This document shows positions 10,315 to 19,178 of a stretch of 64,000 bases of DNA, in pieces. A program made the translations under genes and the position numbers. Below the pieces are notes generated by a model. The model saw only the letters and a list, made by a program, of their open reading frames with translations. It ran no database searches and was not told the origin of the DNA. This stretch comes from Paludibacteraceae bacterium (lineage in GTDB: Bacteria; Bacteroidota; Bacteroidia; Bacteroidales; Paludibacteraceae). The first letter of the stretch is position 1. Every line of letters starts with the position of its first letter. The DNA is taken from contig JAZSEB010000024.1 of assembly GCA_045531475.1 (NCBI GenBank), positions 88,017 to 152,016 of the forward strand, given 5' to 3'.

Positions 10315-11316
10315 CTAACCTTTCATGAGTTTAACAACTTTATAACCAATTTGACAAATAGCGGTGATAGCTATGCAGAGATATTTGTGTTTCAAGCATA
10401 ACTTTGTCCACCATGTCCAGCAATAGGCAGGTTTTGTATAGTGGGTATAGTCAGAACGAGTGATATAAGAATCTAAACGGTCGTAGAAGGCACGCACATC
10501 TGCTATTTTAGGAAGTTTCATCAGTCGTTTGCACGACATCCATATATTCCAACTACCTCCTTCCTGTATGCTCAAGGCACATGCAGAAGATTGATCTTCT
10601 AATGAGTGATAGAACTTTAACATGCGCGTTCCAAGCAAGAAGTAGTCTGAGAAATGCTTGTATGAACTAGTATGGGTAGTTGAAGAAGCATTATAATGTA
10701 CACGATATGCACATATATCGCTATACATCATGCGCTTAGCGTAATATAGATGTACTGCTACAAAATCTGAATCTTCAAATAATACATCTTCTGCAAATGG
10801 ATAATTCACTTGTTGCAAGAAAGATCTACGATAGATATAGGGCCATGGAGCACTTCCCCAATAAGGATGTTTTATCTGCATTTCAGCGCCAGAGAAAATG
10901 CCCTCTAACGTGATTGGTTCTTTATCTGTAATCACTCCTTTCTCATTCACACTAACATAATGCATCGCTACCATGTCAAGTTGGTGTTTTTCTGCAAGTT
11001 GCAAGGCATTGAGCAGACCAAAATTTGTTTCATCATCACTATCTACAAAAACTATATACTGACCTTTCGCAATACTAACACCCCTATTGCGAGCAGCTCC
11101 TTGGCGATGGTTCTCTAATTGGCGAAGTAAAGTGATATTGGTATGGGTAATCGCATATTGCTCAACTACTTGTATTGTATCATCTTTGGAGCAATCATCT
11201 ATGACAATAACCTCAAAATCTTGATCTTCTAAAGATAGATTATAAATACTATCCAAACAACGCGTGATAGTACTGCTCGCATTGTAGGCAGGGATGATGA
11301 AAGAGAGATGTTTCAT
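10315..11316 (-). CDS. Glycosyltransferase family 2
   Basis: MKHLSFIIPAYNASSTI..VIVIDDCSKDDT..FVDSDD (GT-A fold, DxD). ATG at 11316 preferred over the TTG at 11340. Confidence 0.85.
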   Translation of the reverse strand: MKHLSFIIPAYNASSTITRCLDSIYNLSLEDQDFEVIVIDDCSKDDTIQVVEQYAITHTNITLLRQLENHRQGAARNRGVSIAKGQYIVFVDSDDETNFGLLNALQLAEKHQLDMVAMHYVSVNEKGVITDKEPITLEGIFSGAEMQIKHPYWGSAPWPYIYRRSFLQQVNYPFAEDVLFEDSDFVAVHLYYAKRMMYSDICAYRVHYNASSTTHTSSYKHFSDYFLLGTRMLKFYHSLEDQSSACALSIQEGGSWNIWMSCKRLMKLPKIADVRAFYDRLDSYITRSDYTHYTKPAYCWTWWTKLCLKHKYLCIAITAICQIGYKVVKLMKG

Positions 11317-11324
11317 AAATGTAT

Positions 11325-12223
11325 TTATATTAACGGACAAACGCTCAATAATTTATCCAAATCAATGGTTGGTTTTTGCCAAGATTGTAAATGGTCTTGT
11401 ATCACTTCCGGAGTTATAGTGTCAAAATTTAGTGGCTTAGATATATCCTTGTTAACCGATAAATAATAGTCTTTGAATTTGAAATTATCATCAGGATGGT
11501 TCTCGTCTAATGAGATCCAAACATTAGGTATTTCGTAGGCATCTGCGATGATTATTCCATGTAATGATGAAGATACAATTGCTTCGCAAGAACAAATATC
11601 ATCTATGAAAGAATGCCATTGATAAAACCGCTTTGGATTGATTATCAATATATTACCCCCCCTAAAATAGTATTTAACTTAGAATATATAGCCTCGTTTG
11701 TTTTAGTGCTAACATGAAGAATTACTCCATACTTATAGCGCTTTTCTACATTAGGAGTATAATATCTTGGAAATAAGAGAGCAGGATCTCCATAAACTTC
11801 AGGACATTCAATGCCTCTCGAAAGCAATAATTGACGAGTTAATGGTCCCCGAACAGCTCGCACAGACAATGGTTTATCTATGGTATTCCAAAGAGGATCT
11901 TGTGAACTTAATGTTCCACTACCCCACACAATCGTATTTCTATCAATAGCCCATGGCAAGATAGAACCCATCATAGCGACAGTTTCTTTCTTGCAAGAAA
12001 ATTTATAAGGAATGATTGACTTACCTGAAATAAGTTCGGCTAATTTTACGTTAACAAAATCGCCCCAATTATATGGCTTGATTTTGCTGCTCCAAGTGTA
12101 AATATTAGAATTTATCCAATACTTGAGTGAGATATATTTGGGTTTGATTAGTGCAGTAATGGCATACCTACACTTAAGTACTAGTGGATATCTCCAGAAC
12201 TTGTATTTAGAGGGTATTTTCAT
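11325..12223 (-). pseudogene. Polysaccharide pyruvyl transferase split by a frameshift at a G7 tract (C7 on the plus strand, 11656-11662)
   Basis: Track ORFs 11645..12223 (N-terminal half, ..VWGSGTL..) and 11325..11648 (C-terminal half, ..IVSSSLHGIIIADAYEIPNVWI..) are the two halves of one PS_pyruv_trans-type protein. Adding one G fuses them in frame. Confidence 0.75.
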
Positions 12224-12257
12224 GATGTTTTGTGGATGATGTTTAACTCATTGACAC

Positions 12258-12592
12258 AAAAAAAGCGGTCATCTGCTAACAGAGGTCCGCTTTTGCACAT
12301 ATACAAAAAAAGCGGGACCTGCACTGTTGCTGTTCCGCTACTTGAGGCCTTCGCATTGCCTATAACTCTGAACAAGCAACACCGAAGCCCACGCCGATAT
12401 GTATGCACACATACACACCCTCATGGTGCGTATGGAGATAGATATACATATCCCGAGGACATCAAAATGCTGCAATGTGTTGGAGTTATAATTGAAAGTT
12501 GCGAAGTTTCAAGTAGCCAATCACATAGCGTGTTATGACGCCTTTATTATGTCTGTAACTACCCACCCGAAAGACATAATCCCAAGGCGTGG
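12258..12592 (-). ncRNA. Candidate structured RNA: either a stand-alone sRNA or a riboswitch-like 5' leader of the pyruvyl-transferase/GT2 operon
   Basis: Strong promoter at 12607-12614. A 10-bp long-range helix pairs 12586-12595 with 12386-12395. Internal hairpins at 12546-12580 and 12410-12434. Two tandem hairpin-plus-U7 terminators (12339-12305 and 12294-12258) lie just before the ATG at 12223. No known RNA family recognised. Confidence 0.4.
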
Positions 12593-12606
12593 GCTCATTA
12601 CGGGTA

Positions 12607-12614
12607 CAAAGGTA
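12607..12614 (-). promoter_or_regulatory. -7 promoter box (TACCTTTG) with a TTTG -33 element about 20 nt upstream
   Basis: Minus strand reads ..atTTTGctcaatccaaaataattcacTAccTTTGtacccg.. Confidence 0.6.
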
Positions 12615-12668
12615 GTGAATTATTTTGGATTGAGCAAATAAAAATTGCTTTTAAGGGCGATTTTATTG

Positions 12669-12711
12669 GTATAGGGTGTAAAGTATAGGATGTAGAGCGT
12701 AGTGGGAAAGG
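12669..12711. repeat. Low-complexity 'CACC/TACAC' module, inverted orientation
   Basis: The rc reads cctttcccactacgctctacatcctatactttacaccctatacc. Same word class as 51833-51878 and 53657-53694. Confidence 0.6.
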
Positions 12712-12760
12712 CTGGTTTTGGGAATAAGAAAACTAGCCTATCCTTATTATATTCATTGCT

Positions 12761-12818
12761 TAATCACTAACTAATCACTAACTAATCACTAACTAATAAC
12801 TAACTAATCACTAACTAA
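12761..12818. repeat. Tandem array (TAATCACTAAC)x5, 11-nt unit
   Basis: Five head-to-tail units read directly; the fourth is TAATAACTAAC. This is the exact reverse complement of the array at 37394-37448. Confidence 0.95.
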
Positions 12819-12825
12819 GGTATTT

Positions 12826-12936
12826 AGAGAGAAGAGAGAAGAAAGAGAAGAAGACGGAAGAAGAGAAGTAGGTAGAGAGAAGATAGAAGGAGAGAGTGAC
12901 GGAGAGGGAAGAAGAGGGGAGAAAGAGAGAAGGAAA
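12826..12936. repeat. 111-nt polypurine (GA-rich) tract
   Basis: Only 6 pyrimidines in 111 nt (12855, 12869, 12873, 12884, 12897, 12900). Built from GAGAA/GAAGA words. Confidence 0.95.
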
Positions 12937-12981
12937 CTATGAGTTATAACTGATAAACGGTAGTGTGGTGGACAATGTATC

Positions 12982-13015
12982 ACAAAAACAGCAGCTACCG
13001 ATGGGGTAGCTGCTG
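12982..13015 (-). terminator. Intrinsic terminator of the SDR-family gene
   Basis: Stem CAGCAGCTACC (12989-12999) pairs with GGTAGCTGCTG (13005-13015). On the minus strand a TTTTTGT run follows. Confidence 0.6.
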
Positions 13016-13069
13016 ATATAATGATTTGATAGGAGGAAAGAACTCTCTATCTCGCATATGCTAGATATA

Positions 13070-14596
13070 TTACTTCTCCCAGCCATCAAACACTTCAGGA
13101 CCATACACATTGTCTTCATTAGCGTCATGAAGTGGAGCCCATAGTTGTGCGAAAAATGGATTCTTCTTTGCCACTTTATCCCATTGCCATGGACGAGCAT
13201 TCTTCTCGCCTTTGTATGGATATGGCATACACTCCTCACACCAGTGGCCACCTAGCAATACCAATCGTGGTGTAGCGGTAAACTTATGCCCTTCAGCACA
13301 CTCCCACTCCAGTGGAGTGTCCCAATCGCCTTGCACCATGTCTTTTGACAAGCACTTGCCTCCGCGGAAAGCCGCCGCTTTTTGCATATCCTCAATGGTA
13401 AACAATGCTTTGGGCTTTTGCTCATCGTAGCCATGGTCAAGCAATACATACTCCTCGCTATTGTGCGATACATCGGTATGCTTCCAATCTGGAATGGCTT
13501 TGTATGCCTCCAAAGTGCCATAATATGCACTGATGCGTTGGGTCTTGTTGTGCTTAATCCACCATTGCGTACCATGCTCCTTGGACATCGCCATGGCGTA
13601 CATAGCGAGTTTCACGCAACGTGGGAAGAGTTTGGCAATCTTAGTCTTAGCCGCGAACTTGATACCCCATGGCACACTGTCTGCCTTAGCCATCTGCTTA
13701 AAATACTCTTTCACTGGCACGTTGGCGCGGAAGTGCAAGTAGTTCTCCAAGCGGTCGCCGTCGATATACCACATACCGTGGAAATTGCGTGTAGTAAACC
13801 ACTTCGCCTCAAAGATTTTCTCTGGGCGAGGGCAACCAATAGCATCTAGCAACAAGCACTCAAACTCATAGTTGCTGATGCGGTACTCCTTGCCCGAACC
13901 TATATTGTAGTAGTTCTTCCAGAACTCCTCTGGTACCTCATCGCGGCAGACACGCTCCAGTAGTCGTCCGCTATCTTCTACAGTAGCCCACTCCAACACG
14001 CCACGGATTGGCACATGGAACATGATTGGGTCATAGTTCTTCAAGATAGCAGGGTAGAGGATACCCGACTGACGAAGTGCAACCCATTGTTTGATAGGCG
14101 AATTGGTGATGATACGCTCTGCTTGCGCTTTGGTTAGACCATAGTGGTCATAAGCCGATACGCAGATAGGGTCGCCAGCACGTCCCCAATGGAGTGGCTC
14201 GCGGCGGTCACCCATCTGAGCGACACTACCGATATACACCACTTTAGGTTGCTTGTACTCTGGTTGCGCGAGCACCGCATCGCGGATATTGATAGCCGCG
14301 GAAATGTTGGTGCGCAAAGTAGCCTTAGGACGGTAGTCAGCCTGTGGTGAAACCATACCACCTACATGGAGTACGATGTCGGCACCTGTGACACCACGAA
14401 GGATATCTTCGTATTTGGTAAGATCGCCCCAGATGACTTCTACTTTGTCCATCAGTGGCGCAAGCAGTTCTTTGTTTTTAGCACTTGGGCGAGCCAATAT
14501 ACGCAAGTGATAGTTCTCGGGGTAGCGCAGGATCTCAGTCATGCCTGCATATCCCATTGTGCCTGTGGCACCTGTGAGGAAGATTGTTTTTTTCAT
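13070..14596 (-). CDS. NAD(P)-binding SDR/epimerase-family protein with a large C-terminal extension and Cys-rich tail
   Basis: MKKTIFLTGATGTMGYAG (Rossmann GxxGxxG). C-terminal ..WECAEGHKF..HWCEECMP zinc-ribbon-like segment. Start set at the ATG at 14596. Confidence 0.65.
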   Translation of the reverse strand: MKKTIFLTGATGTMGYAGMTEILRYPENYHLRILARPSAKNKELLAPLMDKVEVIWGDLTKYEDILRGVTGADIVLHVGGMVSPQADYRPKATLRTNISAAINIRDAVLAQPEYKQPKVVYIGSVAQMGDRREPLHWGRAGDPICVSAYDHYGLTKAQAERIITNSPIKQWVALRQSGILYPAILKNYDPIMFHVPIRGVLEWATVEDSGRLLERVCRDEVPEEFWKNYYNIGSGKEYRISNYEFECLLLDAIGCPRPEKIFEAKWFTTRNFHGMWYIDGDRLENYLHFRANVPVKEYFKQMAKADSVPWGIKFAAKTKIAKLFPRCVKLAMYAMAMSKEHGTQWWIKHNKTQRISAYYGTLEAYKAIPDWKHTDVSHNSEEYVLLDHGYDEQKPKALFTIEDMQKAAAFRGGKCLSKDMVQGDWDTPLEWECAEGHKFTATPRLVLLGGHWCEECMPYPYKGEKNARPWQWDKVAKKNPFFAQLWAPLHDANEDNVYGPEVFDGWEK

Positions 14597-14759
14597 TCTG
14601 AAAAGATTATTGTAAATATGCTGCAACGGTCATGCCGTATGTATTATTCTACTTGGTGTGCGCCATCGCCAATCAGATTCACACGACCTGGTGCGAAATA
14701 GATAGCAGTAGCAGCGTGCTGGTAAGTTGCCTCATAGGCAGATTTTAATCTGTTGGTAT

Positions 14760-15917
14760 TCATAACTTGATGCCAAATTTATAGATGGTTGTTGTTGTAT
14801 ATGTCTCTCCTGGAAGCAGGGTGGTCGATGGGAAAGCAGGTTGGTTAGGGCTATCGGGGAAATGTTGTGTCTCAAAGCAGAGACCGCTACGGCGTGGGTA
14901 CGCCACTCCATTTTTACCCATAAAACTGCCGTCCAAGAAGTTGCCAGCATAGAATTGTACACCAGGTTGGTCGGTATGAATGCGCATTTCGATACCTGTC
15001 GCAGCATCGTACAATACGCCTGCAAGGGCATTTAGATCGCCATTGGTAGCCAAAATCCAGTTGTGGTCGTAGCCACGGCCATTGACAATCTGCTGGTGGG
15101 TAGTATCGTTGATTCTCTCGCCAATGCAGGTTGGGGTACGAAAGTCAAATGGGGTGTTCTTCACCGTAGCCACTTCGCCCGTCACTGCCACATTGCCATC
15201 TACAGGGGTGTAGGCTTCGGCGTTGAGGTAGAGTATCTCATCCATGACATCGCGACTGGGATTACCACTCAAGCAGAAATAGCAGTGGTTGGTGAGGTTG
15301 ATGACCGTAGGCTTGTCGGTAATGGCTTCATAGTCAATACGGATAGCATTGTCGTCGGTCAAGGTGTAAGTCACTTTTACACGCAATGTACCAGGGAAGC
15401 CGTCCTCGCCATCTTCGCTCACGGTGCAGAAGGCAATGCTGCTGTCGCTGATGGGCTGCGCTTGCCATACGCGATTGTGAAACGCCACTTCGCCTCCGCC
15501 ATGCAGGCAGTTGCCATCGTTATTGCGAGGTAACTGGTACTCTACGCCGTCCAAGGTGAAACGGCCCTCTTTGATACGATTGCCGTAGCGACCAATGAGC
15601 GCACCGAAATTGCAACCCTGATAGCCATAGCGAATATAGTCGGCTATGGAGTCATGTCCGAGGCAGACGTCTAGCAGCTGACCATCCTTATCAGGCACCA
15701 TGATGCTGACAATACGTCCGCCGAAATTCGTAAAACATACTTCCATACCCTGTTGGTTGGTCAGCGTATAGAGGTCAGTTTGCATGCCTGCATGCTCGGT
15801 CTGAAAATGACTGCGCAGCAATCCGCTCTGAGTGGGTTGCTCACTCGGGGTACATCCTAATATAATAAGAGATAGTATGAGGGTTAGAATCTTAGCGGTT
15901 GTTTTCATAGTGGCCAT
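14760..15917 (-). CDS. galM: Aldose 1-epimerase (galactose mutarotase), lipoprotein form
   Basis: 385 aa. Lipobox LGCT. NFGGRI, GRYGNRI, LHGG, TNHCYF, GLCFETQHFPDSPN motifs. Confidence 0.85.
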   Translation of the reverse strand: MATMKTTAKILTLILSLIILGCTPSEQPTQSGLLRSHFQTEHAGMQTDLYTLTNQQGMEVCFTNFGGRIVSIMVPDKDGQLLDVCLGHDSIADYIRYGYQGCNFGALIGRYGNRIKEGRFTLDGVEYQLPRNNDGNCLHGGGEVAFHNRVWQAQPISDSSIAFCTVSEDGEDGFPGTLRVKVTYTLTDDNAIRIDYEAITDKPTVINLTNHCYFCLSGNPSRDVMDEILYLNAEAYTPVDGNVAVTGEVATVKNTPFDFRTPTCIGERINDTTHQQIVNGRGYDHNWILATNGDLNALAGVLYDAATGIEMRIHTDQPGVQFYAGNFLDGSFMGKNGVAYPRRSGLCFETQHFPDSPNQPAFPSTTLLPGETYTTTTIYKFGIKL

Positions 15918-16989
15918 TGTTTGATGGAATCATGACGCTCTGGATGGTGTTCACCTCTTCTATATTAAAAGGTGTATGGTCTTGTCGGAATATATCGTGG
16001 AACCACAATGGAGGCTCTTGTGCCTCAGGCATAGGTTCGTCCCAAGCAAAGATGGTATTCGTCTTACCGCTGACAAAACCCCAGTTGATGGCTGCCACAT
16101 TATACTCCTTGAGCAGTGGCAGAATGGTTTGAAAATAGCTACCATTGCGGCGTGCCATATACTCGGTGCAGACCATAGGGCGTTCGTGCTGACGAAGAGT
16201 GTCAATGCATTGGCGATGGTTGTCAAGATTGCTGTAATTGTGGTAGGAGATAATGTCGGAGTTAGCGAGTTGGAACTGATTGAGTTCGGGACACTCCATG
16301 AACCATACGCCTACGGTGAGCGGTTGGCTCACTTGGCACTCGCGCGCCCAACGGAAGACATTGCGCAGCAGCGGCATGGAGGTCATCTTGTGGCCCGAGT
16401 TGCCTGGCTCGTTGTACAAGTCCCACATCCAAATACGCTCGTCGTTCTTGAAGGTGGTCATCACGTCCTTGACATATTGCTCCAAGATGGGGAACAAGGT
16501 CGCGGTGTCTGCACGCAGGCTGACAGCTGGGTCTTGCACCCAACCTGAGTTATGCACACCTGGCTTAGGAGCTGGTTGCTCGCCAAAAGCAGACTCAGGG
16601 TTCCAACAGTCGTCAAAGATAACGAACAGCGTCTTAATGCCGTGGCTCTCGGCAATGGTCAGATACTCGTCCATATGCGCCTTAAATGACTCAGGTTCGT
16701 TTTGCCAAACAACGCTACTCAGATACACGCGCATGAGATTGAAACCTAATTCCTCAGCCCAACCAAGTTCGCGGTCTATGGTAGCAGCATCAAAGGTGAC
16801 GGACTGCCACATCTCAATTTGGTTAATAGCAGTACTAGGTTGAAAATTACACCCCGCACGATAGGGATGCGATATGTACCATTCTTGGGCTTTCTCTTTG
16901 GACCAAGGTTGGTAATTTACGCCTGATTGGCAGGCTGTGAACAGCGATGCTACGCATAAGCATGCGGTGAACAATGATATGTGTTTCAT
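15892..16989 (-). CDS. Glycoside hydrolase, clan GH-A (GH5-like), lipoprotein
   Basis: MKHISLFTACLCVASLFTAC lipobox and catalytic-acid motif WDLYNEPGN. Start set at the ATG at 16989. Overlaps galM by 26 nt. Confidence 0.7.
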   Translation of the reverse strand: MKHISLFTACLCVASLFTACQSGVNYQPWSKEKAQEWYISHPYRAGCNFQPSTAINQIEMWQSVTFDAATIDRELGWAEELGFNLMRVYLSSVVWQNEPESFKAHMDEYLTIAESHGIKTLFVIFDDCWNPESAFGEQPAPKPGVHNSGWVQDPAVSLRADTATLFPILEQYVKDVMTTFKNDERIWMWDLYNEPGNSGHKMTSMPLLRNVFRWARECQVSQPLTVGVWFMECPELNQFQLANSDIISYHNYSNLDNHRQCIDTLRQHERPMVCTEYMARRNGSYFQTILPLLKEYNVAAINWGFVSGKTNTIFAWDEPMPEAQEPPLWFHDIFRQDHTPFNIEEVNTIQSVMIPSNNGHYENNR

Positions 16990-17009
16990 AGTGTTGTATT
17001 GTATGTTAA

Positions 17010-18620
17010 TTATTTGCGCTTGCCAGCCACGAGTTGTTGCCATTTCTGCTTAGCAAAATCCCAAGTGTTGTTGATGAGTTGCATACCCCAATGTTTGCTC
17101 TCTTCTTCTTCTACTTCTTCACGATATTGAGCAGCTAACATAGCATCGTTGTCGGTAATGACTAATAATTGATCGCCTACTTCCAATTCAGAATGACCTG
17201 TTGGTACAAAGAAATCTTCGCCACGGCGTACCATGATAACCAAGGTCTTATCTGGGAAAATAAGATTCTTGAGCATATTGCCATGCGCAAGCATTTCCTC
17301 TTTAACCTCAATCTCAGTGGCAGATGACTCTACCTCCTCTGGCAAATCAATATCAAAGTGGGTCAGTTTCTTGAGTTCTACAGGTGGGGTAGCCAATTTG
17401 AGTTTCTTTGCCACCACCGACAAGGTTGTACCTTGCGCGATGAGCGAAACAATAGTACATAGGAAGACGATATTAAAGATAAGGTCTGCATGCGGCACAT
17501 TGTTCGCCTCACACATGATAGCGAAGATGATAGGCACAGCACCCTTCAATCCCACCCAACTGAGCAGCATCTTGTCATTGCGCTTGTACTGCTTGAATGG
17601 CAACATACAAAGGAATACCGCTATAGGGCGCGAGATGAAAATCATCACAATACTAATAATCAAACATGGCAGCAAGACCTCTAATTGGAACAACTCGTGC
17701 GGACGCACCATCAGACCCAAGACAAGAAAAATCACCAATTGACTCAACCATGTCAGTCCATCGAAGAAACTGCGCGTTTGACGCTTACGAGTGAACTTGC
17801 TATTACCAATCACCAGACCACCGATATACACTGCCAAATAGGTATTACCCTTGAGGAAATAGGTGATACTAAAGATAAAGATACATGCTGTAAGCACCAT
17901 AAGAGGATACAGCGACTCATTACCAAGATCCGACTTACGCATGATACTGACAATACCTTTACCAAAGACAAAACCAAGCACTGCACCCATAATCAGCTGA
18001 ATAACAATATCCTGTATCACAGAAAGCGCTGTCACTTGATGGCTGGTGGCAGTAACAATACCAATCATAGTAGTGGTAAGCACGTACGCCATTGGGTCGT
18101 TGGCACCCGACTCCAACTCCAACAACGGACGAAGGTTGTGCTTAAGTCCTATTTTGTTGGTACGAAGAATAGAGAATACCGAAGCAGAGTCAGTAGATGA
18201 CATCGTGGACGCCATTAGCATTGCTACAGCAATACTCACACTTGCCACTGAATGTAGCCAACCGAAAACATAGTAGGTAATCACACCTGTCACGAGCATG
18301 GTGATTAGCACACCGATAGTCGCTAAAGTTAGACCAGGCACCATCACAGGGCGGATATCCGAAAGTTTGGTATCCAAACCACCCGAGAAAAGAATGATAC
18401 ACAGCGCGATTGTGCCAATGGCTTGGGCAGAGCCCACATTCAGCATATAACCCACACCGTCATCGTTGATAAGACGTCCGATACCGTCAGGACCGAACAA
18501 CATACCCACTGCCAGAAAGAGCAATAGGGCAGGTACACCGAATTTGTAGCCGATTTTATCGGTAAAAATGCTCGCAAAAAAGAGGAGCGAAAGTACGAGA
18601 AGAATGAGTTCTACTTGCAT
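17010..18620 (-). CDS. K+/H+ (cation:proton) antiporter, CPA1 family, with a C-terminal TrkA-C domain
   Basis: 536 aa with about 12 TM segments, ESGANDP motif, soluble C-terminal RCK_C-like domain. Confidence 0.85.
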   Translation of the reverse strand: MQVELILLVLSLLFFASIFTDKIGYKFGVPALLLFLAVGMLFGPDGIGRLINDDGVGYMLNVGSAQAIGTIALCIILFSGGLDTKLSDIRPVMVPGLTLATIGVLITMLVTGVITYYVFGWLHSVASVSIAVAMLMASTMSSTDSASVFSILRTNKIGLKHNLRPLLELESGANDPMAYVLTTTMIGIVTATSHQVTALSVIQDIVIQLIMGAVLGFVFGKGIVSIMRKSDLGNESLYPLMVLTACIFIFSITYFLKGNTYLAVYIGGLVIGNSKFTRKRQTRSFFDGLTWLSQLVIFLVLGLMVRPHELFQLEVLLPCLIISIVMIFISRPIAVFLCMLPFKQYKRNDKMLLSWVGLKGAVPIIFAIMCEANNVPHADLIFNIVFLCTIVSLIAQGTTLSVVAKKLKLATPPVELKKLTHFDIDLPEEVESSATEIEVKEEMLAHGNMLKNLIFPDKTLVIMVRRGEDFFVPTGHSELEVGDQLLVITDNDAMLAAQYREEVEEEESKHWGMQLINNTWDFAKQKWQQLVAGKRK

Positions 18621-18627
18621 CGTTTTT

Positions 18628-18665
18628 AGTTTAGAGAACGCGCCTTAGGCGCTACAGTTTAGAGT
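18628..18665. repeat. CTCTAAAC-flanked GC hairpin module (rc orientation)
   Basis: AGTTTAGAG-aac-GCGCC TTA GGCGC-tac-AGTTTAGAG. Same architecture as 53843-53905 on the other strand. Confidence 0.6.
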
Positions 18666-18678
18666 TTAAAGGCGAGGA

Positions 18679-19110
18679 TTATTCCACCCCAAGAATCTGT
18701 TTGATAGCTTCTTGCCAGTAATCCAGTTCATGGTAGCCCTGTGCAATGCGTGGACTGCCTTCCATAGGGCAAAATACAACCGTAGGATAACTACGAACAC
18801 CAAAAAGGGCCGCCACTTCGGGCTCTTTCTCTGCGTCTAGCGTATAAACATATACCTTGCCCTCATATTGTTTGGCTACTTGCTCCAAGATTGGATGCAA
18901 CTTCTTGCACCAACTGCACCATGTGGTGGAGAAATCAATTAAGCATGGTTTATCGCCTATGTACTTCCATTCTGGTTGTTTTCCAGATGACAAATCATAA
19001 TAGCACACGTTCTTCTTAAAATCTTCTGTAGAGAGATACGTTACCCCTTCTGCTAATACATTAGCACAAAAAAACAGGGTAAAAATAATAAAAAAAGCCT
19101 TTTTTTGCAT
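18679..19110 (-). CDS. Secreted thioredoxin-family protein
   Basis: Signal peptide plus the WCSWCKKL (WCxxC) active site. Confidence 0.8.
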   Translation of the reverse strand: MQKKAFFIIFTLFFCANVLAEGVTYLSTEDFKKNVCYYDLSSGKQPEWKYIGDKPCLIDFSTTWCSWCKKLHPILEQVAKQYEGKVYVYTLDAEKEPEVAALFGVRSYPTVVFCPMEGSPRIAQGYHELDYWQEAIKQILGVE

Positions 19111-19130
19111 AAATTTCCTGATTTAGGGTG

Positions 19131-19138
19131 CAAAGTTA
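19131..19138 (-). promoter_or_regulatory. -7 promoter box (TAACTTTG) for the thioredoxin gene
   Basis: Exact motif 21 nt upstream of the ATG at 19110. Divergent partner of the box at 19151-19158. Confidence 0.5.
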
Positions 19139-19150
19139 CAAAAAAAATCG

Positions 19151-19158
19151 TAACTTTG
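19151..19158 (+). promoter_or_regulatory. -7 promoter box (TAACTTTG) for aroB
   Basis: Exact motif 21 nt upstream of the ATG at 19179. Confidence 0.5.
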
Positions 19159-19178
19159 CAAACTTTTTTCACATAAGC

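Noticed and set aside
12230-12538. 102-aa plus-strand ORF and 62-aa minus-strand ORF (12220..12408) in the GT-operon leader
   Set aside because: There is no promoter box in the right orientation and the protein sequences are implausible. The region is better explained by the minus-strand structured RNA with tandem terminators.
12386-12595. The 10-bp inverted repeat AGCCCACGCC / GGCGTGGGCT as the ends of an invertible promoter (fimbrial or capsule-type DNA switch)
   Set aside because: The only TAnnTTTG promoter (12607-12614) lies outside the repeats. No promoter box in either orientation lies between them, and no invertase gene is nearby. An RNA helix is the simpler reading, although this is not formally excluded.
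12761-12818. Possible CRISPR array (also 37394, 22707, 57248 and 57336)
   Set aside because: The units are only 11 nt and directly abutting, with no spacers, and no cas genes are in the window. These are tandem repeats, not CRISPRs.
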